From positions 4,466,001 to 4,530,000 of the forward strand of contig NC_086109.1 of assembly GCF_963921235.1 (NCBI RefSeq): 64,000 nt of DNA, read 5' to 3'. Made by a program: the position numbers and the translations under genes. Shown in pieces: positions 1 through 13,200 of this stretch. The DNA comes from Mobula hypostoma. Lineage: Eukaryota. Every line of letters starts with the position of its first letter. The stretch's first letter is position 1. The notes under the pieces were generated by a model. It was not told where the DNA came from. It saw only the letters and a list, made by a program, of their open reading frames with translations, and ran no database searches.

Positions 1-697
1 AAAAATCTAATAATAAGAACTCCTCATAGAGCACCTTTCGTACAGCCATTGTCATTCAAGGTGCTTTACAATGAGATGAAAGTACAAACATGAAAATAAA
101 ACAAAAAATAAAAATAAAAATGAAAATAAAAGACAAAAAGATGCTAATTAAAATCAAGGATAAATAAATAAGTTTTGAGCTAGTGTTTTAAAGTGTCAAC
201 TGAGACTGCATCCCTTATAGTTTTAGGTACTGAATTCCACAGTTTAGGAGCGCAGTTCAAAAACCCTGACCTGACAATTATCTTTTGAAGCAGATTGTTT
301 AAATTTAAGAGACCAGCAGAAGAAGACCTGAGAGCTTGAGCAGGCTTGTACAACGAAAGTGATTCTGTGATGTATTCCAGTCCAGGAACCACTGAGAGCT
401 TTAAAATCAATTCTAAAAGATAGAGGAAGCCAATACATAGTATGTTCCCTCATCCTGATTTTAGTTAGAAGACTAACAGCGGCATTCTAATGAGATGAAG
501 TTTGTCAATAGATTGCTTTGGAAGACCAGTGATTCTAGACCATGCAATATAAAGACCTGAATTAGTTTTTCAGAATTATTACGTGACAGAAACTGGAGAA
601 CCCTTCATATATTTCTTAAGTGTAGAAATACTACCTTGGTCACTTCGTTTAGATGGGATTTAAATTCGAATCTGAATCAAGGATATCACACAGGTTT

Positions 698-1062
698 ATT
701 TATATACACATTTTCTTTTTCTCTCTCTCCTTTTTCTCCCTCTGTCCCTCTCACTATACACCTTGCCCATCCTCTGGGTTCCCCCTCCTCCTTTCTTTCT
801 CCCTAGGCCTCCCGTCCCATGATCCTCTCATATCCCTTTTGCCAATCACCTGTCCAGCTCTTGGCTCCATCCCTCCCCCTCCAGTCTTCTCCTATCATTT
901 CGGATCTCCCCCTCCCCCTCCCCCTCCCACTTTCAAATCTCTTACTAGCTCTTCCTTCAGTTAGTCCTGACGAAGGGTCTCGGCCTGAAACGTCGACTGT
1001 ACCTCTTCCTAGAGATGCTGCCTGGCCTGCTGCGTTCCACCAGCAACTTTTATATGTGTTGC
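698..1062 (+). mobile_element. Penelope-like terminal fragment with 14-bp TSD and hammerhead motif
   Basis: TSD tatcacacaggttt at 684-697 and 1063-1076. The same terminus adjoins GIY-YIG-coding remnants at about 43 kb and 51-53 kb. Confidence 0.75.
963..998 (+). ncRNA. Minimal type I hammerhead ribozyme motif (Penelope type)
   Basis: AGTC-CTGACGA-AGGGTCTCGGCCT-GAAA-CGTC-GACT: both core boxes, stem I AGTC/GACT, stem II AGG/CCT, palindromic ACGT in place of stem III, GUC cleavage triplet. Confidence 0.65.
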
Positions 1063-1211
1063 TATCACACAGGTTTGTTCCTTCTGATTTTACAAGGGGA
1101 GCCAAGTTCCCAAGTTTACCAAGAACTTTATCTCTTTTGGCTTTGGTACCAAATAAAAGTATTTCAGTTTTATCTTCAATTAGTTTTAGGAAAGTATTGC
1201 TCATCCTTTTG

Positions 1212-1217
1212 TTTATT
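1212..1217 (-). terminator. Candidate polyadenylation signal AATAAA
   Basis: Plus-strand tttatt about 50 nt past the candidate stop codon. Confidence 0.3.
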
Positions 1218-1267
1218 GCAGCCGTACCAGAAGTCAGAGAAGACTGGGCACTGTATCAAGTCACTTC

Positions 1268-1280
1268 TCAACTTCTATCA
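1268..1280 (-). CDS. Exon 18 (candidate): terminal coding part (S)DRS-stop
   Basis: Acceptor GCTAAGGCTTTTTTCTTTGCAG; phase 2 matches the TM exon; TGA at 1268-1270; AATAAA on minus at 1212-1217. Confidence 0.5.
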
Positions 1281-4200
1281 CTGCAAAGAAAAAAGCCTTA
1301 GCTCGCTCAACCTTTCCTCATATTTTATATGTTTTTATATTTCTTTCACATTTTCATGAATGTAGCGATCCATTTATCTTCTTTTAGAGAGGTACAGCAC
1401 AGTTACAACACCTTCCTGCCAAGGGTGGCATGGTAGCATAGAGGTTAGCACAACACTTTATAGCATCAACGACCCAGGTTCAACTCCTGCCACTATCCAT
1501 AGGAGCTTGTACACTCTCCCGTGACTGTGTGGGTTTCCTCTGGGTGCTCTGGTTTCCTCCCACAGTCCAAAGACATACCGGGTGGCAGGTAAATTAGTCA
1601 TTGTAAATTGTTCCGTGGGTAGGCTAGGGTTAAATCGGAGGTCAGTGAGGCGGTGGGGCTTGAAGGGCCGGAATGGCCTACTCCCCGCTGTATCGCAATA
1701 AATCAATAAGTATTGAGCCTGCACCACCCAATTACATCCATGTGACCAATTAACCTACTAATGTATGTCTTTGCAACCTGGGAAGAAACCGGAGCACCCG
1801 GAAGAAATTCACATGCTCACAGGACGAACATACAAAACTTCTTACAGACAGCAGCAGGAATTGAACCCAGGTCACTGGTGGTGTAATAATGTTACAGTTA
1901 ATCTCATTACCGTGCCACATCTTGTCAACTCTTATCAATGTTTTAAAATGAGATTTCCTTAACAGTTTACTGTGAAAGATTCTTGATAAATGAAGTGAAG
2001 CTCAAAATAAAGGTAAAATATAAAGGAAACATGCAGCAAAGCAAATAATAAAAATACACAAGCAGGAAGTTTTAATATTTTCCTGAAGATAGAAAGAGAT
2101 GAGATAATGAAAGGATCTCACCTTTTCTTATACTGGAATAATCCAGCAATAATACCAACAGCAAAGCAGAAGACTATAATGCAGACGATGACAATGCCAG
2201 CAGTTTCTGAAACAACACACATGGTTAAACATGACTAACTCCTATAAAAAATAGGCAGTATGGAGAAAAAAATGCTAACAATGACTGAGCCAATAATGAT
2301 CTATTTATCTAAACTCGAGCTGTTGCTGCCCTTAAGTTACACTGTAAAATGTGGTTTATAACTACGTGCTTTCAACCACTTGGGTTCTTGAACCAACCAG
2401 CAGAAATGTGATCACTAAAGTTTGGCAAAATTATAACAACTTTGATAACTTTGCTGCACTAAAATTGATTTCTTTTTGTTGATGTAATTGTGTTTTCCTT
2501 GCAAAAGTTGTGTATAATTTATGTTTAACTGTTCTTGTGAACACTGTTTACCTGATGCTCTGTGCCTGAGATGGTGCTGCAAGTGAGTTTTTCATTGCAC
2601 CTGTACACACATCTGATAATAAACTTGACTTTGATTTTATAACAAAATAAAATCAATGAGAGGGAGCTCCTGGGACTAGTTCCTTGCAGGATGATGGCAC
2701 ACTCGGACACAGAGGTGTAATTCAAGAACCAAACGGCTGAAGGGACAAAGTGTAATTGGTCATTCTTTACAGCTTTTTTTACAGTTGCAAGACACTGCTA
2801 GATGTTAAGAACAGCAAGTACTGCAGGCCTACCCCATCCATGAGCTGCTCCGTAGTGGTGGAGCTGGACTGTGTTGCAGCCTGCTTCAGCCACCCAGGGT
2901 AAAAGGTATCAGAGGGGGTACACAATCCAATAAATGATTATCTTGGATGTTCTTGTGATCACAAGACCCTGTTGCACATTAGTAACGTAGAGTACTGCAA
3001 GTCCGATTCACTGGTTCATTGGCCAGTCCAAAGGCGGAGGAGCTGCACGTCGTCAGTTGGTGCGCGGACCAGGCCCTTATGCCTCGGGGTCACCTGTTAG
3101 TGGCGCCAAGGAATAAAACGCCGGAGTTGGCTGAGTGCCGCTGGATTCCATGCTGGTTTGGGTTGTCCTTTCCTGTTGATGCTGCTCTCAAGTGCTCACT
3201 TGGAGGAAGACAAGCTGGATTGAGTTCATCTCCGGCTCCACTTGCGCGAGATGAGGAAATGCTGCAGGCTTGTTCTTACAGAAACATGGCTCCAGGACAA
3301 CATTTATGCACCATTGATCTACAGGCCATAACACTCAGGGACTTGGGCTACGTTATTTTTTTTATATATTATTAGCCCCAGCCGAGGCACTTAATCACAC
3401 ATTGCTCTGCAATAACACTGGTGCCAAGCTGTATGGGTCCTAATGCCCTTCCCTTAGACAACATTGGTGTCGTGGAGAGGGGAGACTTGCAGCATGGGCA
3501 ACTGCTGGTCTTCCATACAACCTTGCCCAGGCCTGCGCCCTGGAGAGTGAAGACTTTCCAGGCACAGATCCATGGTCTCGCAAGACTAACGGATGCCTTT
3601 TTTAAAAAATTTTTGTATCTGTATGTTTTTCTCCTATTGTAACTATATATGCTGTGTGCTCCTGGTAAGTGTTTTGCACCTTGGCCCCAGAGGAACACTG
3701 TTTCGTTTGGCTGTATTCATGTGCATTAAACTTGAATTGAACTAATTCTGTACTCTGTGCCCGGACTGCCACAATATCCTCACAGGAACATGAATGAGAT
3801 TGCAAACACTGCACAAGATTTAGATTTCTGAATTATATCCACAGAAGGCTCAAAAGCAGCTGGAGTAACTGAAGTAAATGTGTTACATATTCTGCTTCTC
3901 ACCGGGTGCTTCCTAGTAAGGACAAGATGTGAACATCAGAGTTGAATTCTCACTTTCCATATATTAAGCAAAGCTATAATAATTTCTCCAATATAAAACA
4001 ATCACAAAGTTTAGAAAACTGCTAATGACAGCCTCAATTTGCAATTGATGTCACAGCCAAGATATCAAAACCAAATCTGAAAGCTACAATTTCTCCCATG
4101 AAACAAATTATATTTCAATATTTATGTACATCTTTTATCAATATGTAAAATTCTAATTTTACAAGAGTTTACATATCTGAAGATCGAAATTTAATTCTCT

Positions 4201-7200
4201 ATCAGAAGGGGAGAAGACAACAGCAAATGTATTTAAAGAAACAAGGATCTCATGACCTAGGTTGTTGCATAGTGTAAGCTAATTTCATTAAAATACTGAT
4301 AAGTCTATATAATTATCAACATTACAACTCACTAACATAATCATACACACTTGCACTCCCCTAAGTAAATAGCTCATAAGTATAATGAAAAACTTGCAAT
4401 ATCCTTGTTCTCACCAAAGCCTGACTTCTTTCGAGCTGTAAGAATGAATAAAACAAAGATTAAATTACAATCATAGACAAGTACAGCACAGAAACAGACC
4501 CTGCGGCCCATCTAGCCCATGCCATGCCATTTAAACTGCCTACTCCCATTGATTTGCACCAGCATTACAGCCCTTCCTACCTCTGCTATCCATGTACCTA
4601 TCCAAACTTCTCTTCAATATAGAAATCTAGCTCGCGTGCACCACTTGTGCTGGCAGCTTGTCCCACACTCTCACAACCTTCTGAGAGAAGTTGTTCTCCC
4701 TCATGGTCCCCTTAAAATGTTCACTTTCCCCCTTAACCTATGACCTCTAGTTGTAGTCCTAGCCACCCTCAATGGAAAAAGACTGCTTGGATTTACCCTA
4801 TCTATACACATTATAATTTTGTATGCCTCTGAATAATTTCCTCTCAATCTTCTACGTTGCAAGGAATAAAGTCATAGCCTATTCAATCTTTCCTTATGAC
4901 ACAGGTCCTCCAGACCTGGCAACATCCATGTCGATATTCTTTGTACTCTTTCAATCTTATTTACATTTTTCCTGTGGTAGGTGAACAAAACGGCACACAC
5001 TGCTCCAAATTAGGCCCCACCAACGTCTTATACAACTTCAATGTCTTATACAACCTGACATGGTACAAACCAACAGCTAAACTATACAGCCAACATTTAA
5101 ATTATGGACAGTCTGTGGTTACCATTAAGATAGGCCTTTGTCGGATAGAAGGATGAAGTTAGGAAGTAACAATGTTGAAGTAAAAGTATTAACCAGGTGG
5201 CCACACCATTACATACTAGTTACACAGTACTTACAAATGGAAAAGCAACCTAACTGTGATATTAAACATGACATCTGATGCACAGAGGTGTCATGTAAAG
5301 TTGCCAGAAAAAGTAGCAAGCTTGAAAATCAGGAGCAGTTTAGAATTCAGCAATAAAGGACCAATTGACTGATTGGCCCTTTATTAGTCATTGATTGAGA
5401 GAACAAAAAAAAGCTTATAAAGCACAGGAAAGTAAATAGAAGTAGACAGTAAAAGTTTCTAAAGGTGTGGAAAAAGAAAATAGTGAAATGTGGGCCCTTT
5501 ACAGTCAGAAATTAGAAAAAAAATATGGGGAATAAAACAAATAAACAGATACTTTGGTTCTGCTCTCATGGAAAATGATGCAGATAACTTAAAAGTAATG
5601 GTAAGGAACCAAGAGCCCAAAGGAAGGGCGAAATTAAAGAAAATTAGTATCAGGCAATAAAGAGAGTGGTACAGATATTAATGAGTCTGAAAGGTGGTTA
5701 ATCCACAGGAGTGATCCCTGAAAGAGGAAGCAATGGGATGAGTGGATAGAGTGGCTGTCAGCTTCAAAACTTCAATGGATTTCAAAGTAGTTTCTGCATG
5801 TTGGAAAATGTAAGACGTTACCCCAGTCTTTAACAATTGCAACCTTAATGGGGCACCAAATTAGCCTTTCCACAGGGCTGTGATTGTGCACTTAAGACTC
5901 ATAGAGTAAAAGTTCAGCACAGAAACAGGCCCTTTGGCCCATCTTGTAGACATCACTGAATCATGACTAAAAGAAGATTATAGCTGGGAGTTTAATGTCC
6001 AAGGATACACATTGTTTCAAAAGGACAGGCAGGAAGGCAGAGGGGGCAGTGATGCTTCGTTGGTAAAAAATTTAATCAGATCATTAGAAAGAGGTAACAT
6101 AAGGTCGGAACGTGTTGAATCATTGTGGATAGAGCTAAGGAACTGCAAAGGCAAAAACACTCTAATGGGGGTTGTATACAAACCCCTAAATAGTAGTAAG
6201 GATGTGATCTATAAATTACAACAGGTCAGAGAAAATGAATGCCGAAGGAGAAATGTCACAATAGTCATGGGGGATTTCAATATGCAGGTAGATTGGAAAG
6301 ATAAGTTTGGTGCTAGATTCCAAGAGGGGGAGTTTCTGGAATGCCAAGGAGATGACTTTTTAGAGCAGCTTGTGGTTGAGCCCACTATGGGATCAGCTAT
6401 TCTGGACTGGGTGCTGTGCGATGAGATGGAATTGATTAGGGAGCTTAAGGTAAAAGAACCCTGAGGGGAAAGTGATCATAATATGATAGAATTCACCCTG
6501 AAATTTGAGAAGGAGAAGCTAAGATCAGATATATCAGTATTTCAGTGGAGTAAAGGGAATTAAAGAGGCATAAAGAAGAGTTAGCCAGAAAAGATTGGGA
6601 AAGAACACTGACAAGTATGATGGCAGAGCAGCAACGGCTGGAATTTCTGGAAGCAATTAGGAAGGCACAAGATATATACATCCCAAAGAGAAAGAAATAT
6701 TCGAAAGGCAAGGTGACATAACTGTGGCTAACATAAAAGCCAAAGAGGGGGCATATATTAGAGCAAAAATGTTAGAGGACTGGAAGGCTTTTAAAAAGCA
6801 ATAGAAAGCAACTAAATAAAAGTCATTAAGAAGGTAAAGATGGAATTCAAAAGTAAGGTAGCCAGAAATATTAAAGACGATATCAAAAGTTTCTTTAGAT
6901 ACATAAAGCGTAAAAGAGAGGCAAGAGTGGATATGGGACCACTGTAAAATGATGCTGCAGAGGTAGTAATGGGGGACAAGGGAATGGCGGATGATCTAAG
7001 TAAGAATCTTGTTTCTGCCTTCACTGTGGAAGACACTAGCAAAATGGTATCAGGAGTCTAGATATCAGGAGTCATGAAGTGTGTGAAGTTACCATTACTA
7101 GAGAATATTCTTGGGAAACTGAAAGGTCTGAAGGTAGATAAGTCACCTGGACAAGATGGTGTACACCCCAAGGTTCTGAAATGTCAACCCATTCTTCAAG

Positions 7201-10200
7201 AAGGGAGAGAGACAGAAGAAAGGAAGTCTGACCTCAGTGTTGGGAAGATGATGCAGTCGATTGTTAAGGATGAAGTCTCAGGGAACGTGGAGGCACACGA
7301 TAACAAAGTGTGCATGGTTTTCTCAAGGGAATATCTTACCTCACAAATCTGTTGGAATTCTTTGAAAAAATAACAAGCAGGATAGACAAAGGAGAATCAG
7401 TGATGGTGTGTACTTGCATTTTCAGAAGGACTTTGACAAGGTGCCACACATGAGACTGCTTAACAAGCTATGACCCCCATGGTATTATAGGAAATATTCT
7501 AGCATGGATAAAGCAATGGCAGATTAGCAATAGACAAAGAGTGAGAATAAAGGGCACACTTTCTGGTTGGTTGTCGGTGACTAGTGGTGTTCTACAGAAG
7601 TCTGTGTTATAACTGATTCTTTTTACATTACATGTTAATGATTTGGATGATGGAATTGATGGCTTTGTTGCAATGTTTGCAGATGATATGAAGATAACTG
7701 GATGGGCAGGTAGTTTTGAGGAACTAGAGGGTACAGGTGGACTCAGACAGATCAGGAGAATGGGCAAAGAAGTGACAGATGGAGTACAGTGCTGGGAAGT
7801 TTATGGTCATGCACTTCGGTAAAAGAAATAAAAGGGTTGACTGTTTTCTAAATGGAGAGAAAATACAAAAACTGAGATGCAAAGGGACTTGGAAATCCTT
7901 GTGCAGGATTCCCTAAAGCTTAATGTGCAGATCGAGTCTGTGGTGAGGAAGGCAAATGTGATGTTAGCATTCATTTGAAGAGGACTGCAATATCAAAGCA
8001 AGGATGTAAAGTTTAGACTTTATAAAGCACTGGTGAGGCCCCACTTGGAGCACTGTGAGCAATTTTGCATCCCTTATCTTAGAAAGTTGTGCTGAAACTG
8101 AACAGGGTTCAAAGGAGGCTTAGGAAAATGTTTCCAGGATTTAATGGCTTGTCATATGAAGAGCATTTGATGGATCTGGGCCTAGATGCTCTTCAGAAGA
8201 ATGAGGGGCGACCTAAATGAAACCTATCGAATGTTGAAAGGCCTTGAAGTAATGGATGTGGAGAGGATGTTTCCTATAGTGGGAGACTCTAAGAGCAGGG
8301 TACACAGCCTCAGAATAGAGGGGTGTCCTTTTACAACAGAGATGAGGAAGAATTTCTTCAGCCAGGGAGTGGTGAATCTGTGGAATTCTTTGGACAGGCA
8401 GCCGTGTAGGCCAAGTCTTTATGTGTATTTAAGGCAGAGGCTGATAGATGGTTGTCTGGTCAGGGCATGAAGGGATATTGGTGGGGGAGGAGGAAATGGA
8501 TCAGCCATGAAGAAATGACAGAGCAGACACAATGGCCTAATTCTGCTCCTGTATCTTATGGTCTTATCTAGTCCATGCTAAACCATTTATACTGCTTACT
8601 CCAATCAACCTGTATCAAGACCATAGTCCTCCATACTCCTACCATCCATGTACTTATCCACACTCTCTTAAACATTGAAATCATGCTCATACACCACTTG
8701 TGCTGGCAGCTCATTCCACACTCTCATGACCCTCTGAATGCAAAGTTTCCTTTCATGTCCCCCTTAAACTTTTTCATCTTTTAACTCTTAACCTATGACC
8801 TCAAGTTGTAGTCCCACCCAACCTCAGTGGAAAATGCCTGCTCACATCTACCCTATTTATGCCCCTCATAATTTTGTATACCTGCATCAAATCTCCCCAA
8901 GGAATAACGTCCTAATCTATTCAATCTCTCCTTATAACTTAGGTCCTCCAATCCAGGCAACGTCCTTGTAAATTTTCTCTGTACATTATTTTTATTTTTC
9001 CTGTAGGTCAGTGAACAAAACTGCATACAATATTCCAAATTAGGCCTCACCAACATCTTATACAACTTCAACATAACATCTCATCTCTTGTACTCAATTC
9101 TTTTGATTTATGAAGACATCACTTTCAATGAATTGCAGACCTGTATTCCCATATCCTTTTCTTCTTAATTTATCTACACATGAAGGATGTCTGACACCAT
9201 AGACAAAGAACCAGAAATTCCAGCCAGTCAAGCTAATGAAAGAAGTCAGGCACCGTTCTGAGTCGTGACATAGAAGCACAAGAGAAAATCAGTCATGGAG
9301 AGGTGACTACAGCTCTCATTCTAGTGACTGTCAAGAAAGTTCTACCATTATCACTACATAAGCTGGCCAGAACTCTGGCAACATTCTTAAGTATATTAAT
9401 TACAATTTATTTTATTTTAGGTCATCAGATACTGTGAGTCAACTGAGGTAACTGGAAACTTATCAAAAGGAAATTAATATCTTATGCACAGTACCTTCAA
9501 CTTGGGAGAGCTTCAGCCTAGGCTCTGCAAACTTAGCAACCTTCACTGGTGTTGACTTTATTTCTAGACATAGAAAGGCAAAGATGACCAACTGACACAA
9601 TGTAAATATTCAGATCCTCTAAATATTAAGTTAAGCAAGTCATGATATAGTAAATGATATAGTTGAGTTTCGAGTTATAACTTGCATACTTGGATATTTT
9701 CCCTCAACCATTTTAATTGTCAAGAATGCTATTGATTTTAAGTATGCAGTTCATATTGCAGTTTAGATCAGTGGAGTCGTCTGTACTCAAGGAGCATTGA
9801 CTAATCCAAATGAACGTGCCGATGCTGTTACAGGCTTCAGCCGCACGCGTGTGGGGAACTGGGAAAAGTGGTCAACTCAGGTGTTCTTGAACTGGAAACC
9901 ATGGATGAACTAAGAGACCCACTGTCTAAGTCCAAGACTATGGCATCCAAGTTGAGTGACCCTGAGCTACGCAGGAAACCTAGGTCCAACCATCACAAAG
10001 CTATCAGAGATGTCAGAAGACAGCACAGGAGCAAACTAGAGTTCCAGACCAACTGTCAGTTGTGACAAGGCTTGCACACTACTGCAGGTTGGACAATAAA
10101 GTCAGGCAGTATCATTGACAACAGCACATCCCACCCAAATGAGTTTTGGAGTTACAAAACATAACAATTACATGGTACTAACAATCTAAATATGTCCTTT

Positions 10201-13200
10201 GATTGCTTCAGCCATAGAACACTACAGAGTCCTATGAAGATAGAATCTTAATTTACCTTTACACACTGGGACTTTACCATCCCAACCTGTAGCAGTACAT
10301 ACTCGGTAGTTCTTTCCCACCATCAGGAATCTAAGTCAAAGAAAAACAAGATATTAAAGTAAAATAAAAATTCCAGTTGCTAGATTATGAGCCAGCAATT
10401 AAATGAAAAAAATGTTCAGTGTACACACTTGAAAGACAACTACTGAATATAATGGATCAATGCCTGAAACCATTACAATTGGCCATACAAGGGAAAATAA
10501 TATATTGGAGAGGGAAGAGAACAAGTCAAAACCATGGATAATTCCAAGAGAGCCCCCTTACAGACTAACAAACTCAGATTTGTTTATTTATCACATGCAC
10601 ATCTAAACACACAGTGAAATATGTCATTTGTGTCAACAACCAACACAACCTAAAGATGTGTGGGGGTGGGGGGGCAAGTGTACCCACACATTCTGTCACC
10701 AACACAACATGTCCACCATGTTTGGCAGAACAACATAAATAACAACACCAACAGAACACCAGCAAAACAAGCCCCTTTCCTCCTTCTTATCCACACACAT
10801 GCAGAGAAGACAGTTCTCCAACCCAAGACAGGTCAACTCTGAGCCTCCAACAGACTCGTGGGCTTGCAGACATGGGACTAACTTGTTTTACTCAGCTGCC
10901 TGAAGTATTGCTGCAGCTTGGACCATTATTCCAAACTGCATAACACACACAAAGTGCTGGAGTCAAAAAGTCAAAATTGGTGTTACCTATCACCTGCCAG
11001 CTTGCACTCCTTCCCATCCTCCCACCTTCTTACTTTGGCTTTTGTCCCCTTCCTTTCCAATCCTGATGAAGGGGCTTGGGCCGAAACACAGACTGTCTAT
11101 TCCTCTCCATAGATGTTGCCCGACCTGCTGAGTTCCTCCAGTATTTTGTTATGCTACTTTGGATTTCCAGCATCTACAGAATTTTTGTTATTTATTCCAA
11201 CCTGCACTTTGAATTAATCAGGAACTTATAACATCTGATACTGAAGCACTATATTATAGATTAGTTACTAATTACAATGTTTGGTTGCGTGGTGAAGATA
11301 CGACTCTGCCAAAGGAGATGCAAAGCACTCCTTCTCTCCGCTAGCCTGCAAGGTCTAGCATCTGCTTAGCACCGCAATCAGGGTCACGTGAAGCCATGAG
11401 AGGAAATAGTGGATGGTCATATGAGCAGCTGGTGCATATCGCAGATCCTGGTTATGCGACTACTGACACCAGACAGACAATCTCTAAATATGGATCGGGT
11501 CACCTGTCTTTTGTAAAGCCTCTCCCAGAAGAAAGCAATGGCAAACTACTTCTATAGACGAACTTGCCAAGAACAATTACAGCCAAGAGACCATGACCAT
11601 CATACAACACAGCATATAATGATGATGATGATGAAATCCTGCAGGCTGTTGGGTGGTGTAATATAGTATAATCTCATTAGCATGGTCATACCTTTCTTAT
11701 TTCCCAGTTCTACCCATAAAGCCTTACTAGGAGAGTTTTGACTGAGCACTACTATGACATTTTCCTTGCTGGTAATGCTACCTCTTCCCTTTAATCCACT
11801 CTATCACTTCTAAGTCAGTGGAACCCCAGAATATTGAGCTGCCAGTCCTGCCTCTCCTGCAACCAAGTCTCACTAATGGTTACAATGTCATAATTCCACG
11901 TGCTGATCCATGCCCTAAGGTTATCCGCCTTTCCTACAGTAGTCCTTGCATTCAAATACTCGCAGCTCAGAACATTAGGCATACCATGTCAACCTATTGA
12001 TTCTTGACTTCTGGTCTTAATTTGGTGAAATCTTCAATCATTTCATCCAAGTATTTAATATTAATTGGAAAAAGTTGATGTATACTGGGCTAATGAGGGA
12101 GTCATAAATGATTCTTTTTGATTATCTTCCTTGCAAAAGAAATGCTTTCAGTTTGTTATTAGATCAAATAATTACACTTAAGAAAGCCATTTCTCATGTT
12201 CCCCTTCCCCCACTCCTCCATCCGCCTTTTGATATGACATGGTTGACATGACATTGCAGATAACATTAGCAGAGTTCTTGGTGTTCAGTGATAAATGATG
12301 GTCATCTTATTGAAGTCCTGTGTTCTAAGAGATTCAAGACCCTGACGTGATACTTGACATTTTATTACCAACATAAGTTTATTTGTCCCTTTTAATTGTT
12401 TATTTGTCCCATCAGATTTTGTGCGTACGAATCGTAAAAAATGTCATCATTGCAGCATGTCTCATTTCGACAGCCATAGCTAGCACATGCTATGGTGAGA
12501 AACCTGTGATTGTTTTCTACTTTTTGCTCTTGATTCATAGATTTAAAACATGACTTCGGATCTATTTAGTGCTTTTTTAGATTTCTGAACATATTTCCTC
12601 TTGGAATTGTGTTCAGAAAGGAAGCTGAAAAGCAGTACCTCATGGGTAGTAATCTCTGCTGCCTCTGCCATCCGCAAGTGAGGGCAAGAATAGGATGATT
12701 TATTTGATAGATTAATATGTGACTGAGGAACTGGTGTAGGCAGCAGGCTTTCAGATCTGTGGATCACTGAAATCTCTTCTGGAGAGTATGACATAAGGTG
12801 GTTTGCCCCTGAATTTGAGGAACCAATTTCCTTATGGTTGAGATGTTGAGGAGTGTTGAGACTAGTTTGGTGGGAGGATGGAATCCAGCGTAAGGTTCAG
12901 AGGACAGGGTTTTTGATGTACAGGTAAATACAGTGAGTAGAGAGTCTGTGAGGAAAGATAAAGCTAAACTGCAGACAGTGGGATGGGTTGAATGTGTCTA
13001 TTTTAATGCAAGAACAAGAATGACGAATGTAGAGCATGGGTCAATACATGGAACCTTGATGTTGTCACAGAGTCATAGAAAAGTACAGTACAGAAACAGG
13101 CCCTTCGGCCCATCTGGTCCCAGCTGAGCCACTTAAACAGCCGACTGCCATTGACCTGCACCAGGACCATAGCCCTCCATACCCCTACCATCCATGCGTC

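Larger units (their letters stand above)
19..1255 (-). mobile_element. L2-clade LINE 3' remnant, interrupted by a Penelope-terminus insert
   Basis: Minus frames give MSNTFLKLIEDKTEILLFG and LRSSSAGLL...APKLWNSVP, typical of the L2 ORF2 C-terminus. The same 3' end recurs at 53815-54745. Confidence 0.75.

Noticed and set aside
2235..2300. Hydrophobic minus-strand frame [25 protein letters not shown] resembling a GPI signal or second TM
   Set aside because: No good acceptor in a compatible phase, and T-rich intron ends translate as hydrophobic in several frames.
3903..3912. Possible 10-nt microexon (CTTACTAG|GAAGCACCCG|GTGAGA)
   Set aside because: The splice signals look plausible, but the length breaks the frame before the TM exon and I found no compensating exon.
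4173..4198. Strong pyrimidine-rich acceptor with a possible 26-nt exon
   Set aside because: Gives E-N-stop in the incoming phase and has a weak donor. It could only be a secreted-isoform end, which the sequence alone does not support.
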